A DNA stretch of 64,000 nt from Minisyncoccota bacterium (GCA_021734995.1 JAIPHX010000004.1:18115-82114), one strand, 5' to 3'. Positions 26,636 through 37,763 are shown, counted from the stretch's first letter. The notes: generated from the sequence alone by a model not told the origin. Program-made: numbers and translations.

Positions 26636-27580
26636 CTATTTTACCCCTAAATTGCTTTTTATCTCATTTAGTTTTTTATCAGCCACTTCTTTTGCTTTTT
26701 TGCTTCCTTCTTCTAATATTTTTAAAACTTCAGCTTCATTTTTGGCCAATTCTTTTCTTCTTTCTCTCATTGGGGCAATAAACTTTTCCAAATCTTCCAC
26801 CAGTAATTCTTTTAATTCTTTATACTTCCCTGCTTTACTTTCATACAAAGGCAAGAGTTCAGAAGCTGAGCGGAAAAGTTTGTGTATAGCATACACATTT
26901 TCTGGAATACCCGAGCTAGAATCCGTCACAATACTCATCACACATTTTTTTATCTCTTCATATTCAGCAAAAAGTGGAATAGTATTTCCATAACTTTTAG
27001 ACATCTTTTTTCCATCAGTCCCTAATACTGTATCCATATCTTTTATCATCATCGGCTCTGGTAATTTAAAAGTATCACCAAAAATGTTATTAAACTTCAA
27101 AGCTGTATCTCTAGCTATCTCTACGTGTTGCTTTTGGTCTTTTCCTACAGGCACAATATCGGGCTCATAAAGCAATATATCTGCGGACATTAACATTGGG
27201 TAATTGAAAGTCCCCACACAGATCTCTTTGTTTTTTGCTTCTGCATCTTTAAAAGCATGCGCTCGCATTAGGTATGGCATTGTAGTAATCGTATCAAAAA
27301 TCCAAGCAAGCTCAGTGTGTGCTGACACATCTGACTGTTTAAAAATGACAGTCTTTTTTGGATCCAATCCTATTGCCAAATAGTCCAGCAATAAATTGTA
27401 GGTATTTTTTTTCATCTCTTTCTTGTCTTGGATAAAATTCAAAGCATGATAATCCGCTATCATTGCATAAAAATGATAATTATCTTGCATTTCTACAAAT
27501 TGCTTCATTGCTCCAAAATAATTGCCAATATGTGGAACCCCTGTAGGTTTTACCCCTGATAATGCTATTTTCTTAGACAT
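26636..27580 (-). CDS. trpS: tryptophanyl-tRNA synthetase
   Basis: Class I motifs HIGN (GVKPTGVPHIGNYFGA) and KMSKS (KMSKSYGN). Confidence 0.9.
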   Translation of the reverse strand: MSKKIALSGVKPTGVPHIGNYFGAMKQFVEMQDNYHFYAMIADYHALNFIQDKKEMKKNTYNLLLDYLAIGLDPKKTVIFKQSDVSAHTELAWIFDTITTMPYLMRAHAFKDAEAKNKEICVGTFNYPMLMSADILLYEPDIVPVGKDQKQHVEIARDTALKFNNIFGDTFKLPEPMMIKDMDTVLGTDGKKMSKSYGNTIPLFAEYEEIKKCVMSIVTDSSSGIPENVYAIHKLFRSASELLPLYESKAGKYKELKELLVEDLEKFIAPMRERRKELAKNEAEVLKILEEGSKKAKEVADKKLNEIKSNLGVK

Positions 27581-27681
27581 ATCAAAATTATATCATAAAT
27601 CAATATTTTGTATCTACCCCCTATCTTGCAGAAAATATCAAAAATCTTTATCCACATCTTAGTCACAGCTTAAACCACTTT

Positions 27682-30402
27682 TTGTTTTTATGTCTTTTTG
27701 CATATCATGTTAGAATGTTTCTAATGAACAAGATGTACAAAAATTCAAATGATTTAAGAATGCCCCCTCAGAGTATTGCTTCTGAGCAAGCAGTCCTTGG
27801 ATCAATAATGCTTCGCAAAGATGCGCTACTTGATATTGAAGATGTAGTTAATGCAGATTCTTTCTATGCTCCAAAACACAAAATAATATTCCAATCAATG
27901 CTTGATCTTTCTTTAAAAAATGAACCAATTGATCTTTTGTCTGTTGCAAACAAATTAGCTGAACAAAAAAACATAGAGAGTGTCGGGGGAAACCAATACC
28001 TTGCGGAGTTGGCTAATAGTGTTCCATCTTCTGCCAACATTAGACACTATGCCGAAATCGTTCAAAAAAAATATATTTTAAGATCTTTAATAGAAGCATC
28101 CAACCATATCTCTGAAATTGCTTTTGAGGAAAATGATAGCAACCTAGATGAAGTATTGGACGAAGCAGAGAAAAAAATTTTTGGCATAGTGAACTCTCCT
28201 AAAAATCAAAAATATGTCAATCTAAAAGATGCTCTGCCTGAAGCTTTTGAAAGAATAGAAAAACTTAGTGAACACAAGGGAGGTCTTAGAGGAATACCTA
28301 CTGGATTTAAAGATTTAGACAATACTCTTTCTGGATTACAAAATTCAGATTTAATCATTCTAGCAGCTCGTCCTTCTGTTGGTAAAACTACCCTTGCCCT
28401 AGACATGGCTCGTATGTCTGCTATTGGACACAAAAAAGCAGTGGGTATATTTTCTTTGGAAATGTCTGCTCAACAACTCATAGACAGAATGCTCTCTGCT
28501 GAATCCAAAGTAGATGCTTGGAAAATTCGCACCGGTAAAGGTCTACATATAGAGCATGATTTTGGTAGAATCCGAGATGCTATGCAAAGACTTTCTGAAG
28601 CAAAAATATTCATAGATGATCAAGCAGGTAATTCTATCACCAAAATGAAAGCTGTAGCTAGACGTTGGAAAGCAGAAAAAGGATTAGATTTTATAATAGT
28701 GGACTATTTACAACTTATGACTACTTCTAAAAACTACGACTCTATGGTCAATCAAGTCACTGAAATTTCTCGTTCTTTGAAAGCTTTAGCCAAAGAATTA
28801 GACGTACCTGTACTTGCTCTTTCTCAGCTAAACAGAGCAGTAGAATCTCGTGGAGGGAAACCTAGACTTTCAGACTTGAGAGATTCGGGCTGTGTCACAG
28901 GTGATACTTTGATTCAAAGAGCCGATACAGGAGAAAGAATTCCGATTAAAGAATTGGTGGGACAACAAAATATACCTGTTATCTCTCTAAGTGGAGAATA
29001 TGAGTTACGACCAATGCTTGCTTCAAAATTTTTCTCTAATGGAAAAAAAGAAATTTTTGAATTAAAAATGCGTAGCGGTAAAACAATCAAAGCATCTGCA
29101 AACCATAAATTTTATACAATGGACGGGTGGCAAAGACTTGATGCACTAGACGAAAGTGACAGGATTGCGACCCCTCGTTTTATCCAAGCGACTTCTCCAA
29201 TATCCAACCTTTGTAAAGAAGAATTAATCTTACTTGCTCATCTGCTTGGAGATGGATGTGTACTACCTAGACAACCAATTCATTACACAAGCGCAGATGA
29301 AAAAAACATAAAAGCAGTAGAAGATGCTTCTGAAAAATTATTTGGCATCAAAGCCAGAAGAATTCGTCAAAAAAATTGGTGGCATACATATTTACCTTCT
29401 CCTTATCGTCTAACCAAAAACAAACATCACCCCATAACAGATTGGTACACAGAACTAGGAATTCAAGCAGTGCGTTCTTATGAGAAAAAAATTCCTAAAG
29501 CAGTCTTCGCTTCAGACAGTATGTCTATCCAGCTTTTCTTGCATCATCTTTGGGCTACTGATGGCAATATTTCTAGAAAAATTTTGGCAGGTAGGAAAAC
29601 ATCTGCTTCTATATACTATGCTACTTCTAGTAAAGAATTAGCAAAGGGTGTACAACATTTACTTTTACGCCTAGGAATTTGGAGCAATATCAGAGAAGTG
29701 ACACAAGGCAAATATCGTCCCATGTTTAATGTCTATGTGCAAAGTACTCCAATGCAAAAAAAGTTTTTAGATTTAGTAGGATCTTATGGTTCCAGAGGAA
29801 AAATTGTTTCCCAATTAAAAAAAGCATTAGAAGCTATTGCTCCTATCCCAAATACAGACACAATTCCAAAAGAAGTTTGGCAACTTTTTGTTGCTCCTGA
29901 AAAAGAAAAAGCAAACATGAGCTGGAGAGATGTTTCAGAAAATTTAAATATCTCTTACAATGGTAGTGCTTTAGTCACTAGAGGAGTCTCCAGAGAACGA
30001 TTAGCTAAAGTTGCTACCGTGTTGCAAAGCAAAAGCCTAGTTCACTTAGCTGAATCAGATATATATTGGGATGAAATCACATCTATCACTCCTCTTGGCA
30101 AAGAAGAAGTCTTTGATGCTACTGTTCCAGGAGCCCATAATTTTGTAGCTGAAGATATTATTATTCATAACAGTATAGAACAAGATGCTGATGTGGTGAT
30201 GTTTATCCACCGTGAAGATAAAGGTAAAGATGAATCTGAAAAGACTAATATCGCAGAAATTCTAATAGAAAAACACCGAAATGGTCCTACAGGAAAAGTA
30301 GAATTGTATTTTGATGAAAAAACTACTACTTTCCTAAACTTAGATAAAAGTAGTATCAATGAATTTTCAGCAACACAAATAAGTAATTTAGATGAATTTT
30401 AA
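27682..30402 (+). CDS. dnaB: replicative DNA helicase DnaB, interrupted by an intein
   Basis: The N-terminal DnaB domain, Walker A (ARPSVGKTT), Walker B (IIVDYLQLM) and the C-terminal FIHRED…EILIEKHRNGPTG are separated by a 427-aa insert. The true start is probably an internal Met (MNKMYK… at ~27724). Confidence 0.9.
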   Translation: MFLCLFAYHVRMFLMNKMYKNSNDLRMPPQSIASEQAVLGSIMLRKDALLDIEDVVNADSFYAPKHKIIFQSMLDLSLKNEPIDLLSVANKLAEQKNIESVGGNQYLAELANSVPSSANIRHYAEIVQKKYILRSLIEASNHISEIAFEENDSNLDEVLDEAEKKIFGIVNSPKNQKYVNLKDALPEAFERIEKLSEHKGGLRGIPTGFKDLDNTLSGLQNSDLIILAARPSVGKTTLALDMARMSAIGHKKAVGIFSLEMSAQQLIDRMLSAESKVDAWKIRTGKGLHIEHDFGRIRDAMQRLSEAKIFIDDQAGNSITKMKAVARRWKAEKGLDFIIVDYLQLMTTSKNYDSMVNQVTEISRSLKALAKELDVPVLALSQLNRAVESRGGKPRLSDLRDSGCVTGDTLIQRADTGERIPIKELVGQQNIPVISLSGEYELRPMLASKFFSNGKKEIFELKMRSGKTIKASANHKFYTMDGWQRLDALDESDRIATPRFIQATSPISNLCKEELILLAHLLGDGCVLPRQPIHYTSADEKNIKAVEDASEKLFGIKARRIRQKNWWHTYLPSPYRLTKNKHHPITDWYTELGIQAVRSYEKKIPKAVFASDSMSIQLFLHHLWATDGNISRKILAGRKTSASIYYATSSKELAKGVQHLLLRLGIWSNIREVTQGKYRPMFNVYVQSTPMQKKFLDLVGSYGSRGKIVSQLKKALEAIAPIPNTDTIPKEVWQLFVAPEKEKANMSWRDVSENLNISYNGSALVTRGVSRERLAKVATVLQSKSLVHLAESDIYWDEITSITPLGKEEVFDATVPGAHNFVAEDIIIHNSIEQDADVVMFIHREDKGKDESEKTNIAEILIEKHRNGPTGKVELYFDEKTTTFLNLDKSSINEFSATQISNLDEF
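28891..30171 (+). mobile_element. intein with LAGLIDADG homing-endonuclease domain inside dnaB
   Basis: Begins with Cys (RDSG|CVTGDTL), contains LAGLIDADG-like LLAHLLGDGC and a second block, and ends …IIHN|S (His-Asn followed by an extein Ser). It is in-frame, 1281 nt, located after Walker B at the common DnaB insertion site. Confidence 0.8.
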
Positions 30403-30423
30403 AATATTTAGAATCAAATATTT

Positions 30424-31035
30424 ATGAACACAGTAGAGAAACTTACCGAGATTTTTAAAATGTTTCCAGGAATAGGAGAAAGACAAGCGAAACGCTTTGT
30501 GTATTTTTTGATGTCTCGCAACCAAGGAAGTCTAGAAGAACTTTCAAATCTTCTACTCCAATTAAAAAAAGAAACCCGGCAATGCAATGAGTGTTTTAGA
30601 TTTTTTTCTTTAAAAAATGAAACTGCTTCTACTTTATGTAATATATGCAAAGATCCAAATATAGATTCAAGTACTCTTTTGATAATAGAACGAGATTCAG
30701 ACTTAGAAAGCATTCAAAAAAGTGGAATATATAATGGTAAGTACTTTGTACTTGGTGGACTTGTACCCATCGTAGAAAAAAATACCACAAAGGCAATTCG
30801 TCTTAATGACTTAAAAAATAAAACAAAAAATGAAAACCTAAAAGAAATTATCCTGGCTTTTTCTTTAAGTCCTCAAGGGGACCATACTGATTTTTATTTA
30901 AGAAATGAGTTAAAAAATATAACTGAAGAAAAAAATATAAAGATATCTTCACTTGGTAGAGGTTTGTCCACAGGTACAGAGCTAGAATATTCTGATAATG
31001 ATACAATTAAACATGCATTACAAAACAGACAATAA
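30424..31035 (+). CDS. recR: recombination protein RecR
   Basis: HhH N-terminus, C4 zinc finger (CNECFRF…CNICKD) and a Toprim domain (LIIERDSDLESIQKSG). Confidence 0.85.
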   Translation: MNTVEKLTEIFKMFPGIGERQAKRFVYFLMSRNQGSLEELSNLLLQLKKETRQCNECFRFFSLKNETASTLCNICKDPNIDSSTLLIIERDSDLESIQKSGIYNGKYFVLGGLVPIVEKNTTKAIRLNDLKNKTKNENLKEIILAFSLSPQGDHTDFYLRNELKNITEEKNIKISSLGRGLSTGTELEYSDNDTIKHALQNRQ

Positions 31036-31037
31036 AA

Positions 31038-32282
31038 ATGTTTAGAAGATTTCTACAAAATTTTAATACTGACGACATATCTATTGGTTCTAAAATTTTA
31101 ACAAAAGCAACTGCCATCAGATGGTTTGGCTGGGGTTTTGCTGAAAATTTAATTCCAATTTTTCTTTTTTCTTTTGCTAGTGGATATGCAGAGGCAGGAT
31201 TATTAAAATCTTCTTACGAACTAGCTTTAATTTTAACTTTACCCATTTTTGGAATGTTTGCTGATAGATTTAAAGCCACTACTCTTATCATTATCGGACT
31301 TTCTATGTATATAGTTGTAGGGACTAGCTACTTACTGGCAGGACTTACAGGAATGGCAATTTTTATAGTTATTGCAAGAGTCTTCAATGGTATTGGCTTT
31401 GGATTAGATGCAGTAGGTAGAGAAGCATATTTTAGAAGACACAATACATCATCCAAACTCGCAACAGTGTTTGGTTATTTTGATTCTATTACAATTTTTT
31501 GGTGGATTTTTGCTTCTTTCCTTGGGATCTTTTTGATAAAACATTTTGAAATTCATTGGCTTTTATCTCTAATAGTTCCTACTGTGTTGATTGCTATTTT
31601 AATAGTAAAGAAATGGCAAAAAAAAGAAGAAGCTCTAAATAAAGAAAATGGGGTCACTGCTACAATCATAGAAAATAAATCAAAATACACAGATTTATTT
31701 AGAGAATTTGGCTCATGGAATTATCAATTGAAAATAATTTTATTACTAAATCTTATCTTATCTGCAAGCTGGTCCATTATTATATTTTTCTTACCAATAA
31801 ATATGTATAATTCTGGAGCAAGTTATACTACTATTATTTTATTTGGAATATCAGCTTCCCTGCCTATGCTTTTTGGTATTTTTCTCGGAAAAATTTTTGA
31901 CAAAAAAGGTCCTCGCATATTTATCTATGGATTATTGATTTATGGATTTTTAATGGTGATGCTGAGTTTTGGAGAATCCTACAATATAATCATTGCCACC
32001 GCCTTTCTTATTGGTGTTATCCAAGAATTTGTCTCTGTAGGAAAAGAAGAGATAATCACCCTCTATGCAAAACCAGAACATTATGGAAGAGTTGGGGGGT
32101 TTATGCGGAGTATAATGAACCTAGGAGCAATGATAGGACCACTTATCGCTGGTATCCTTATAGATTCTACAGGAAGCATTACTGTCATCTATATGGGGCT
32201 TGCTTTTTGTATGTTCGTTCTAGCTTTTAGTTTTGCTGTACATAGTAGAATCACTCATGTACGCAAAATGAAAACTATATAA
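31038..32282 (+). CDS. MFS transporter
   Basis: About 12 predicted TM helices; MFS-like loop motif between TM2 and TM3 (GMFADRFK). Confidence 0.65.
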   Translation: MFRRFLQNFNTDDISIGSKILTKATAIRWFGWGFAENLIPIFLFSFASGYAEAGLLKSSYELALILTLPIFGMFADRFKATTLIIIGLSMYIVVGTSYLLAGLTGMAIFIVIARVFNGIGFGLDAVGREAYFRRHNTSSKLATVFGYFDSITIFWWIFASFLGIFLIKHFEIHWLLSLIVPTVLIAILIVKKWQKKEEALNKENGVTATIIENKSKYTDLFREFGSWNYQLKIILLLNLILSASWSIIIFFLPINMYNSGASYTTIILFGISASLPMLFGIFLGKIFDKKGPRIFIYGLLIYGFLMVMLSFGESYNIIIATAFLIGVIQEFVSVGKEEIITLYAKPEHYGRVGGFMRSIMNLGAMIGPLIAGILIDSTGSITVIYMGLAFCMFVLAFSFAVHSRITHVRKMKTI

Positions 32283-32291
32283 AATAACCAT

Positions 32292-32323
32292 AAAAAAAAT
32301 CGGCCATCAGGTCGATTTTTTTT
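32292..32323. terminator. bidirectional intrinsic terminator between convergent MFS and rplU genes
   Basis: AAAAAAAATCGGCCatcaGGTCGATTTTTTTT: an 8-bp stem with a tetraloop, flanked by an A-run and a T-run. Confidence 0.5.
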
Positions 32324-32325
32324 AT

Positions 32326-32643
32326 TTATTTGATAGCTAGAATTTTTACTCTAAAGAACGGCTGTCTGTGACCATTTCTTTTCAAATATCTAGATTTTTG
32401 TTTGTATTTCATTACAAGGACTTTTTTAGCTCTGCCAATTTCTTTGATTTCTGCTTCTACTTTTGCTCCATCTATATAGGGTGTGCCGATAGAGGTATTT
32501 TTGCCATCATCAACTAAAAGCACCTTATCAAAAGATACCTTGTCACCTGCCTTAAAATCCCCTTTTATTTTCTCGATAGAAACAAGCTGTCCCTCAGAGA
32601 CCTTGTATTGCTTGCCACCTGTTTTTATTACTGCAAATTCCAT
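32326..32643 (-). CDS. rplU: 50S ribosomal protein L21
   Basis: MEFAVIKTGGKQYKVSEGQLVSIEKI… is a canonical L21 N-terminus. Confidence 0.85.
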   Translation of the reverse strand: MEFAVIKTGGKQYKVSEGQLVSIEKIKGDFKAGDKVSFDKVLLVDDGKNTSIGTPYIDGAKVEAEIKEIGRAKKVLVMKYKQKSRYLKRNGHRQPFFRVKILAIK

Positions 32644-32700
32644 AAGTTATATATTAACTTAAACTTTGCAAAAAAGCAAGATTAGCTTTATAATTCAGTT

Positions 32701-33735
32701 ATGCAAGAAAAAAACTATACAAGTAATGCAGAAAAGTATTTCTTTTTTGCCCTTTTATTAGGAACCTTAATTTTTACTTTTTTTATATTTCAGCCATTCT
32801 GGATGGTTCTTGTTTTGGGAGCTTGTTTTTCTATTGTTCTAAGACCAATCTATGAAAAATTTAAAAAGCTAAAATTCCCTTCTTGGTTGGCTTCCATGAT
32901 CACCGTTTTTCTTTTTGCAGTGCTTGTGTGTGGCCCTTTATTTGGTATGGGGATTATTATTTTCAATCAAACACAAGATTTATACAGAACTCTTATTGAA
33001 GGCGGTGGTATCCCTACCCTTGCATCCATAAATGATAAAATCCAACATATTTTACCAAACGGAATAGACTTTGACATTCATCAAAAAACAAATGATTTAA
33101 TATATATGATTTCCAACAATCTAGGCAAAATATTTAGTGCCACTCTCACTACTATTTTTTCATTTGGTTTGACTTTACTTGCAATTTTCTATTTCCTAAA
33201 AGATGGCTCAGAATGGAAGAAGTCACTTATTACTCTTAGTCCCTTGGCTGATACAGATGATTTAAAAATCATCAATCGTATGACAATTGCGATCAATGGC
33301 ATTATCAAAGGATACTTGCTTATAGGAGTTATTCAAGGAATTATTATGGGAATAGGTCTTGCCATTTTTGGAGTACCTAGTCCTGCCCTCTGGGGAGTTG
33401 TCGCAGCGATTAGTTCTCTCATTCCTACTGTGGGTACTGCTCTAATTTCTATCCCCGCTGTAATATTTTTGTTCGCGACTGGCAATGCTGGCAGTGCGAT
33501 TGGTCTGGCTATTTGGTCTGTGGCTATCGTAAGCACTATAGACAATCTATTAAATCCATACATTGTGGGGAGCAAAATAAAAATCCCTCCTTTTTTGATA
33601 CTATTTTCTGTCCTTGGTGGAATGGCATTATTAGGATGGATGGGTATTTTACTTGGACCCCTTATTGTAAGCTTGCTGTATACTCTTGTATATTTGTATA
33701 GAGGAGAATTTCAAAACACTCCTACTACCAACTAA
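32701..33735 (+). CDS. AI-2E family (UPF0118/PerM-like) transporter
   Basis: About 8 TM helices, with the characteristic long loop and C-terminal GxxGxxxGP-rich helices of the AI-2E family. Confidence 0.55.
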   Translation: MQEKNYTSNAEKYFFFALLLGTLIFTFFIFQPFWMVLVLGACFSIVLRPIYEKFKKLKFPSWLASMITVFLFAVLVCGPLFGMGIIIFNQTQDLYRTLIEGGGIPTLASINDKIQHILPNGIDFDIHQKTNDLIYMISNNLGKIFSATLTTIFSFGLTLLAIFYFLKDGSEWKKSLITLSPLADTDDLKIINRMTIAINGIIKGYLLIGVIQGIIMGIGLAIFGVPSPALWGVVAAISSLIPTVGTALISIPAVIFLFATGNAGSAIGLAIWSVAIVSTIDNLLNPYIVGSKIKIPPFLILFSVLGGMALLGWMGILLGPLIVSLLYTLVYLYRGEFQNTPTTN

Positions 33736-33744
33736 TCCAAAGAA

Positions 33745-35100
33745 ATGCCGATCAAATTTTACAACACCCTGACAAGAGAAAAAGAAATTTTTGAACCACT
33801 AGATCCAAAAGAAGTTCGTTTTTATTCTTGCGGTCCTACTGTCTACAATTACCCACATATCGGCAATTACCGAGCATATCTTTTTGCTGATACTCTAAAA
33901 AGAGTTTTGGAATACAATAATTATAATGTAAAACATATAATGAATATTACCGATATTGATGATAAGACAATCAGAGATTCTCAAAAAAATAATCAGTCAC
34001 TAAAAGAATTTACAGAATTTTACACTGAGGAATTTTTTAAAGATATCAAACTTTTAAATATTATCCCACCATTTAAATTCACCAAAGCTACTGATTATAT
34101 AAATGAAATGGTAAAAATTACTGAAACACTTTTGGAAAAAGAAATTGCATATAAAAGCGGTGACGGAAGTATATATTTTAATATAAAAAAATTCAAAGAA
34201 TATGGCAAACTTTCACATATCGTACTAGAGGACCAAAAAGAAAATGCTTCAGGGAGAATCAAAGCTGATGAATATGATAAAGATAATGCTCAAGATTTTG
34301 CTCTTTGGAAAGCTTGGGACGAAAGTGATGGAGAAGTTTTTTGGGAGACTACCATAGGAAAAGGACGCCCAGGGTGGCATATAGAGTGCTCTGCAATGTC
34401 TATGGCTAATCTTGGTGAACAACTAGATATTCATACGGGAGGAGTAGACAATATGTTTCCCCATCATGAAAATGAAATTGCTCAATCAGAATGTGCGACA
34501 GGTAAATCTTTTTCAAAATACTGGATGCACAATGAATGGCTTTTGGTGGACAACAAAAAAATGGCAAAATCTGCTGGTAATTTTTACACACTAAGAGATT
34601 TAATAGATAAAGGGATAGATCCTGTTGCCTATCGTTTTTGGCTCTTAATGGCTCACTACAGAAGCAAAGCCAACTTTGTGTGGGAAGCATTAGAAGGAGC
34701 AGAAACAGCCCTAAAAAGGCTTTACAGGCTCTATGAAGAGCTTGGAGCTGATATAGGTCAGGTAGACAAAGAATCCAAAGATAAATTTAATGAATACATA
34801 TCAGATGACTTGGATACCCCGAAAGCTTTGACCGTCCTATGGGATGTGGTCAAAAATGAAAATATTTCAAAAGCAGACAAAAAAGCTACTCTCTTAGATT
34901 TTGATAGAGCATTAGGACTGGGTTTTGAAAATATTAAAAAAGAAGAAATCCCAGAAAATATTCTTGGGTTAGCTAAAGAAAGAGAACAAGCTAGAGAAGA
35001 AAAAGACTTCAAAAAATCTGATGAACTAAGAGCATCAATCAAAGAACTTGGTTATGAAATAAAAGATGAAGGAGATAGTTATCGTATTAGTAAAATATAA
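33745..35100 (+). CDS. cysS: cysteinyl-tRNA synthetase
   Basis: HIGN (YPHIGNYRAY), zinc-binding GWHIECSAM, KMSKS variant KMAKSAGN. Confidence 0.9.
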   Translation: MPIKFYNTLTREKEIFEPLDPKEVRFYSCGPTVYNYPHIGNYRAYLFADTLKRVLEYNNYNVKHIMNITDIDDKTIRDSQKNNQSLKEFTEFYTEEFFKDIKLLNIIPPFKFTKATDYINEMVKITETLLEKEIAYKSGDGSIYFNIKKFKEYGKLSHIVLEDQKENASGRIKADEYDKDNAQDFALWKAWDESDGEVFWETTIGKGRPGWHIECSAMSMANLGEQLDIHTGGVDNMFPHHENEIAQSECATGKSFSKYWMHNEWLLVDNKKMAKSAGNFYTLRDLIDKGIDPVAYRFWLLMAHYRSKANFVWEALEGAETALKRLYRLYEELGADIGQVDKESKDKFNEYISDDLDTPKALTVLWDVVKNENISKADKKATLLDFDRALGLGFENIKKEEIPENILGLAKEREQAREEKDFKKSDELRASIKELGYEIKDEGDSYRISKI

Positions 35101-35154
35101 TACTATAGAAAATACCCTTTCTGAATACTGAAAAGTTTTTAGTGAAAATAAATT

Positions 35155-36246
35155 TTAAATCCCCTCTTCTTGTAATTTTTCTACAAGATCCCGAGTCTTA
35201 CGATTTAGTTTTTTGGGCATATTGATATTAACTTTTATCAGCAAATCACCTCTTCTACTACCACTCACAGGTACCCCTCTTCCTTTTACTCTAAGTATTT
35301 CATTGATGGATACACCGTCAGGTATTTTTACTTTTATTTCTCCATCTAAAGTCTCAATATTTTTATCAGCTCCCAAAAGCGCTTCACTCAATTTTATATC
35401 CAAATTCATTACGAGATTTGGTCCTTCTCTTTTGAAAACAGGATGTGGCTTAACGTGAATTTTAATATACAGATCTCCTGTAGTCCCTTTAGCAATAGCT
35501 TCTCCCATACCACTCATTCTTATCATTTCTCCATCTCTAATACCTGAGGGAACAGCCACTACCACTTCTTCCTCTTTTCTAATGACCCCATTACCCCTAC
35601 ATTCAGAACATTTTTCTGCATACACTTTTCCAGAACCAAGACAATCTTCACAAGCTTTTGTGGTAGAGATAGTTCCTAGAATAGAACGCTTAGTCTCATG
35701 TATTTTGCCCTGTCCATTACATCTCTTACAAGTATCCATTTTGGAATTTGGCTTACCTCCTGCACCATTACACTGCAGACAAAGAGAATTTTTTGTCATC
35801 AAGAATCTTCTAGTAACCCCAAAAATTGACTCACTGAAGCTAATCTGCATTTCCGTAGAAATATCTCTCCCTCTTCTAGCCTGAGGTCTTCCACCTCCAA
35901 AGAAATCACTGAAAATGTCGTTTAAATTTCCAAAATCAAAATCTGCTCCTGCTCCTCCATTTTGAAATCCGTTTGCAAAACCAGAAAAATCAAAACCACC
36001 AAATCCTTGGCCATATCCTTGACCACCACCCATATTTTCAAAACCAGCACCAAATTGGTCGTATTTCTGTCTTTTTGAGTCATCAGAAAGAGTTTGATAA
36101 GCTTCATTTACTTCTTTAAATTTTTTTTCGTCTCCTTCTTTTTTATCAGGATGATATTTATGAGCCAGCTTGTAAAAAGCTTTTTTTATCTCATCTTTAG
36201 ATGCACTTTTATTTACTCCCAATATTTCATAGTAATCTTTAGCCAT
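35155..36246 (-). CDS. dnaJ: chaperone DnaJ
   Basis: J domain (DYYEILGV…HPD), G/F-rich linker, and CxxCxGxG zinc-finger repeats. Confidence 0.9.
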   Translation of the reverse strand: MAKDYYEILGVNKSASKDEIKKAFYKLAHKYHPDKKEGDEKKFKEVNEAYQTLSDDSKRQKYDQFGAGFENMGGGQGYGQGFGGFDFSGFANGFQNGGAGADFDFGNLNDIFSDFFGGGRPQARRGRDISTEMQISFSESIFGVTRRFLMTKNSLCLQCNGAGGKPNSKMDTCKRCNGQGKIHETKRSILGTISTTKACEDCLGSGKVYAEKCSECRGNGVIRKEEEVVVAVPSGIRDGEMIRMSGMGEAIAKGTTGDLYIKIHVKPHPVFKREGPNLVMNLDIKLSEALLGADKNIETLDGEIKVKIPDGVSINEILRVKGRGVPVSGSRRGDLLIKVNINMPKKLNRKTRDLVEKLQEEGI

Positions 36247-36286
36247 AATAAAAGATTATACTCACACACACGAAGAGGTCAAGAGG

Positions 36287-37732
36287 CTATATCATCGGCT
36301 CAACCTCTTGTGTAGCACTTACAGATTTAGAATTCCCTTCTATCATTGACTTTTCTTCAGCGCTACGAATAATAGTAGCTTCTTCTTCAGCGATAAGATT
36401 TGCAGCACTTTCTTTTGAAATAGTATATTTTCTACGAGAAGCTTCTTCTATTTCTTTTCTATATGAAGGATGAGTTGGCGGTAAAATTCGTAAAGTCTCA
36501 GCAGAAAATGGGTCATAAGATTCACCATCTATGGTCATCTTAATATAAAATTCAGTTACTGCTAGATTAATCATATCTTTCACATCAAAGATAGGAGAGA
36601 ACTCAGGTTTCATTTTTACAGCATCTTCACCACCAATACGAAAAGAAATAATACTTCCACAATTACCCAATACTGCTTGATGCACTTTTGGAATAATTTG
36701 ACCGACATATTGATGCGCCATTGTAAGATTCAATCCGTATTTGCGAGCCTCTGAAAGAATGTTTTCAAATGTTTGAGTGACCACATTTTGAAACTCATCC
36801 ACATATATATAAAAATCTTTACGATCTTTTTCAAGCATACTTGCTCTTTCCATACCTGCTTGCTTAATCTTTGTCAAAAAAATAGATCCTAAGAAAGAGG
36901 AATTTTCTTCTCCGAGTCTTCCTTTAGAAAGATTGATCAATATAATCTTTTCTTTATTCATAAGCTCACTAATATCCACCTTATTTTCTTTCTGTCCAAA
37001 GATATTACGCAACAATGGATCTGAAAGGAATTGCCCAAGTTTATTGACCAAAGGAATAATAGCGTCAGTATCAAACTTTTCAGACCAATCGGCAAATTCA
37101 ATAGCGAAGAATCTTTTGACCATATCATCTTTGATATATTCAATTACTTTCTGTCTATAATTTCTATCAGTCAACATTGAGATCATTCCACGCATTGTCG
37201 CATAAGGGTAATCCAATAAAGCTAGACAAGTAAAACGAAAAACGTGTTCTAGGCGAGGAGTCCAATTGGCACCGAATTGTTTTTGAAAAACTTCAATCAA
37301 TCCTTGCGTAAGTTGGAACTTAAACATAGGATCTACATTTTGCAAAGGATTAAACGAGATTGGAAAATTAATATCTGTAGGATCAATAATACATACATCT
37401 TCAATACGTTCTTTTGGAATAAAATCAAGCATTGCATCTATCACATCTCCATGTGGATCTATAAGACAAAGCCCATGGTTATAAGAGATATCTTGCCTTA
37501 AAAATAATTCCATGAGTTTTGTTTTTCCTACTCCAGATTTACCAATAATATACAGATGCCTACGGCGATCTATTCTCTTTATACCAAAAATAAATTTCTT
37601 TTCTTCTAAAGAAGCAACGTAATTTGTGCGTCCAATGAAAGACACCTCCTCAGGTTCTACTTTCCCAAAAATAGGAAGTTCTGGTGGTGGTGGTGCGTAT
37701 TTTATTATCTGTACTCTATTTCCTTTTGGCAT
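36287..37732 (-). CDS. FtsK/HerA-superfamily P-loop ATPase (DUF87/HerA-like; T4SS-coupling-protein-like)
   Basis: Walker A IIGKSGVGKT followed by the HerA-type CLIDPHGD motif; Walker B YIYVDEFQ. Paralogue of the next gene. Confidence 0.55.
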   Translation of the reverse strand: MPKGNRVQIIKYAPPPPELPIFGKVEPEEVSFIGRTNYVASLEEKKFIFGIKRIDRRRHLYIIGKSGVGKTKLMELFLRQDISYNHGLCLIDPHGDVIDAMLDFIPKERIEDVCIIDPTDINFPISFNPLQNVDPMFKFQLTQGLIEVFQKQFGANWTPRLEHVFRFTCLALLDYPYATMRGMISMLTDRNYRQKVIEYIKDDMVKRFFAIEFADWSEKFDTDAIIPLVNKLGQFLSDPLLRNIFGQKENKVDISELMNKEKIILINLSKGRLGEENSSFLGSIFLTKIKQAGMERASMLEKDRKDFYIYVDEFQNVVTQTFENILSEARKYGLNLTMAHQYVGQIIPKVHQAVLGNCGSIISFRIGGEDAVKMKPEFSPIFDVKDMINLAVTEFYIKMTIDGESYDPFSAETLRILPPTHPSYRKEIEEASRRKYTISKESAANLIAEEEATIIRSAEEKSMIEGNSKSVSATQEVEPMI

Positions 37733-37763
37733 ATATTAATATTCTAACATTTAAGTGATACAT

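Noticed and set aside
27682-27723. N-terminal extension MFLCLFAYHVRMFLM of the dnaB ORF
   Set aside because: Hydrophobic and non-DnaB-like. The helicase most likely starts at an internal Met (~27724).
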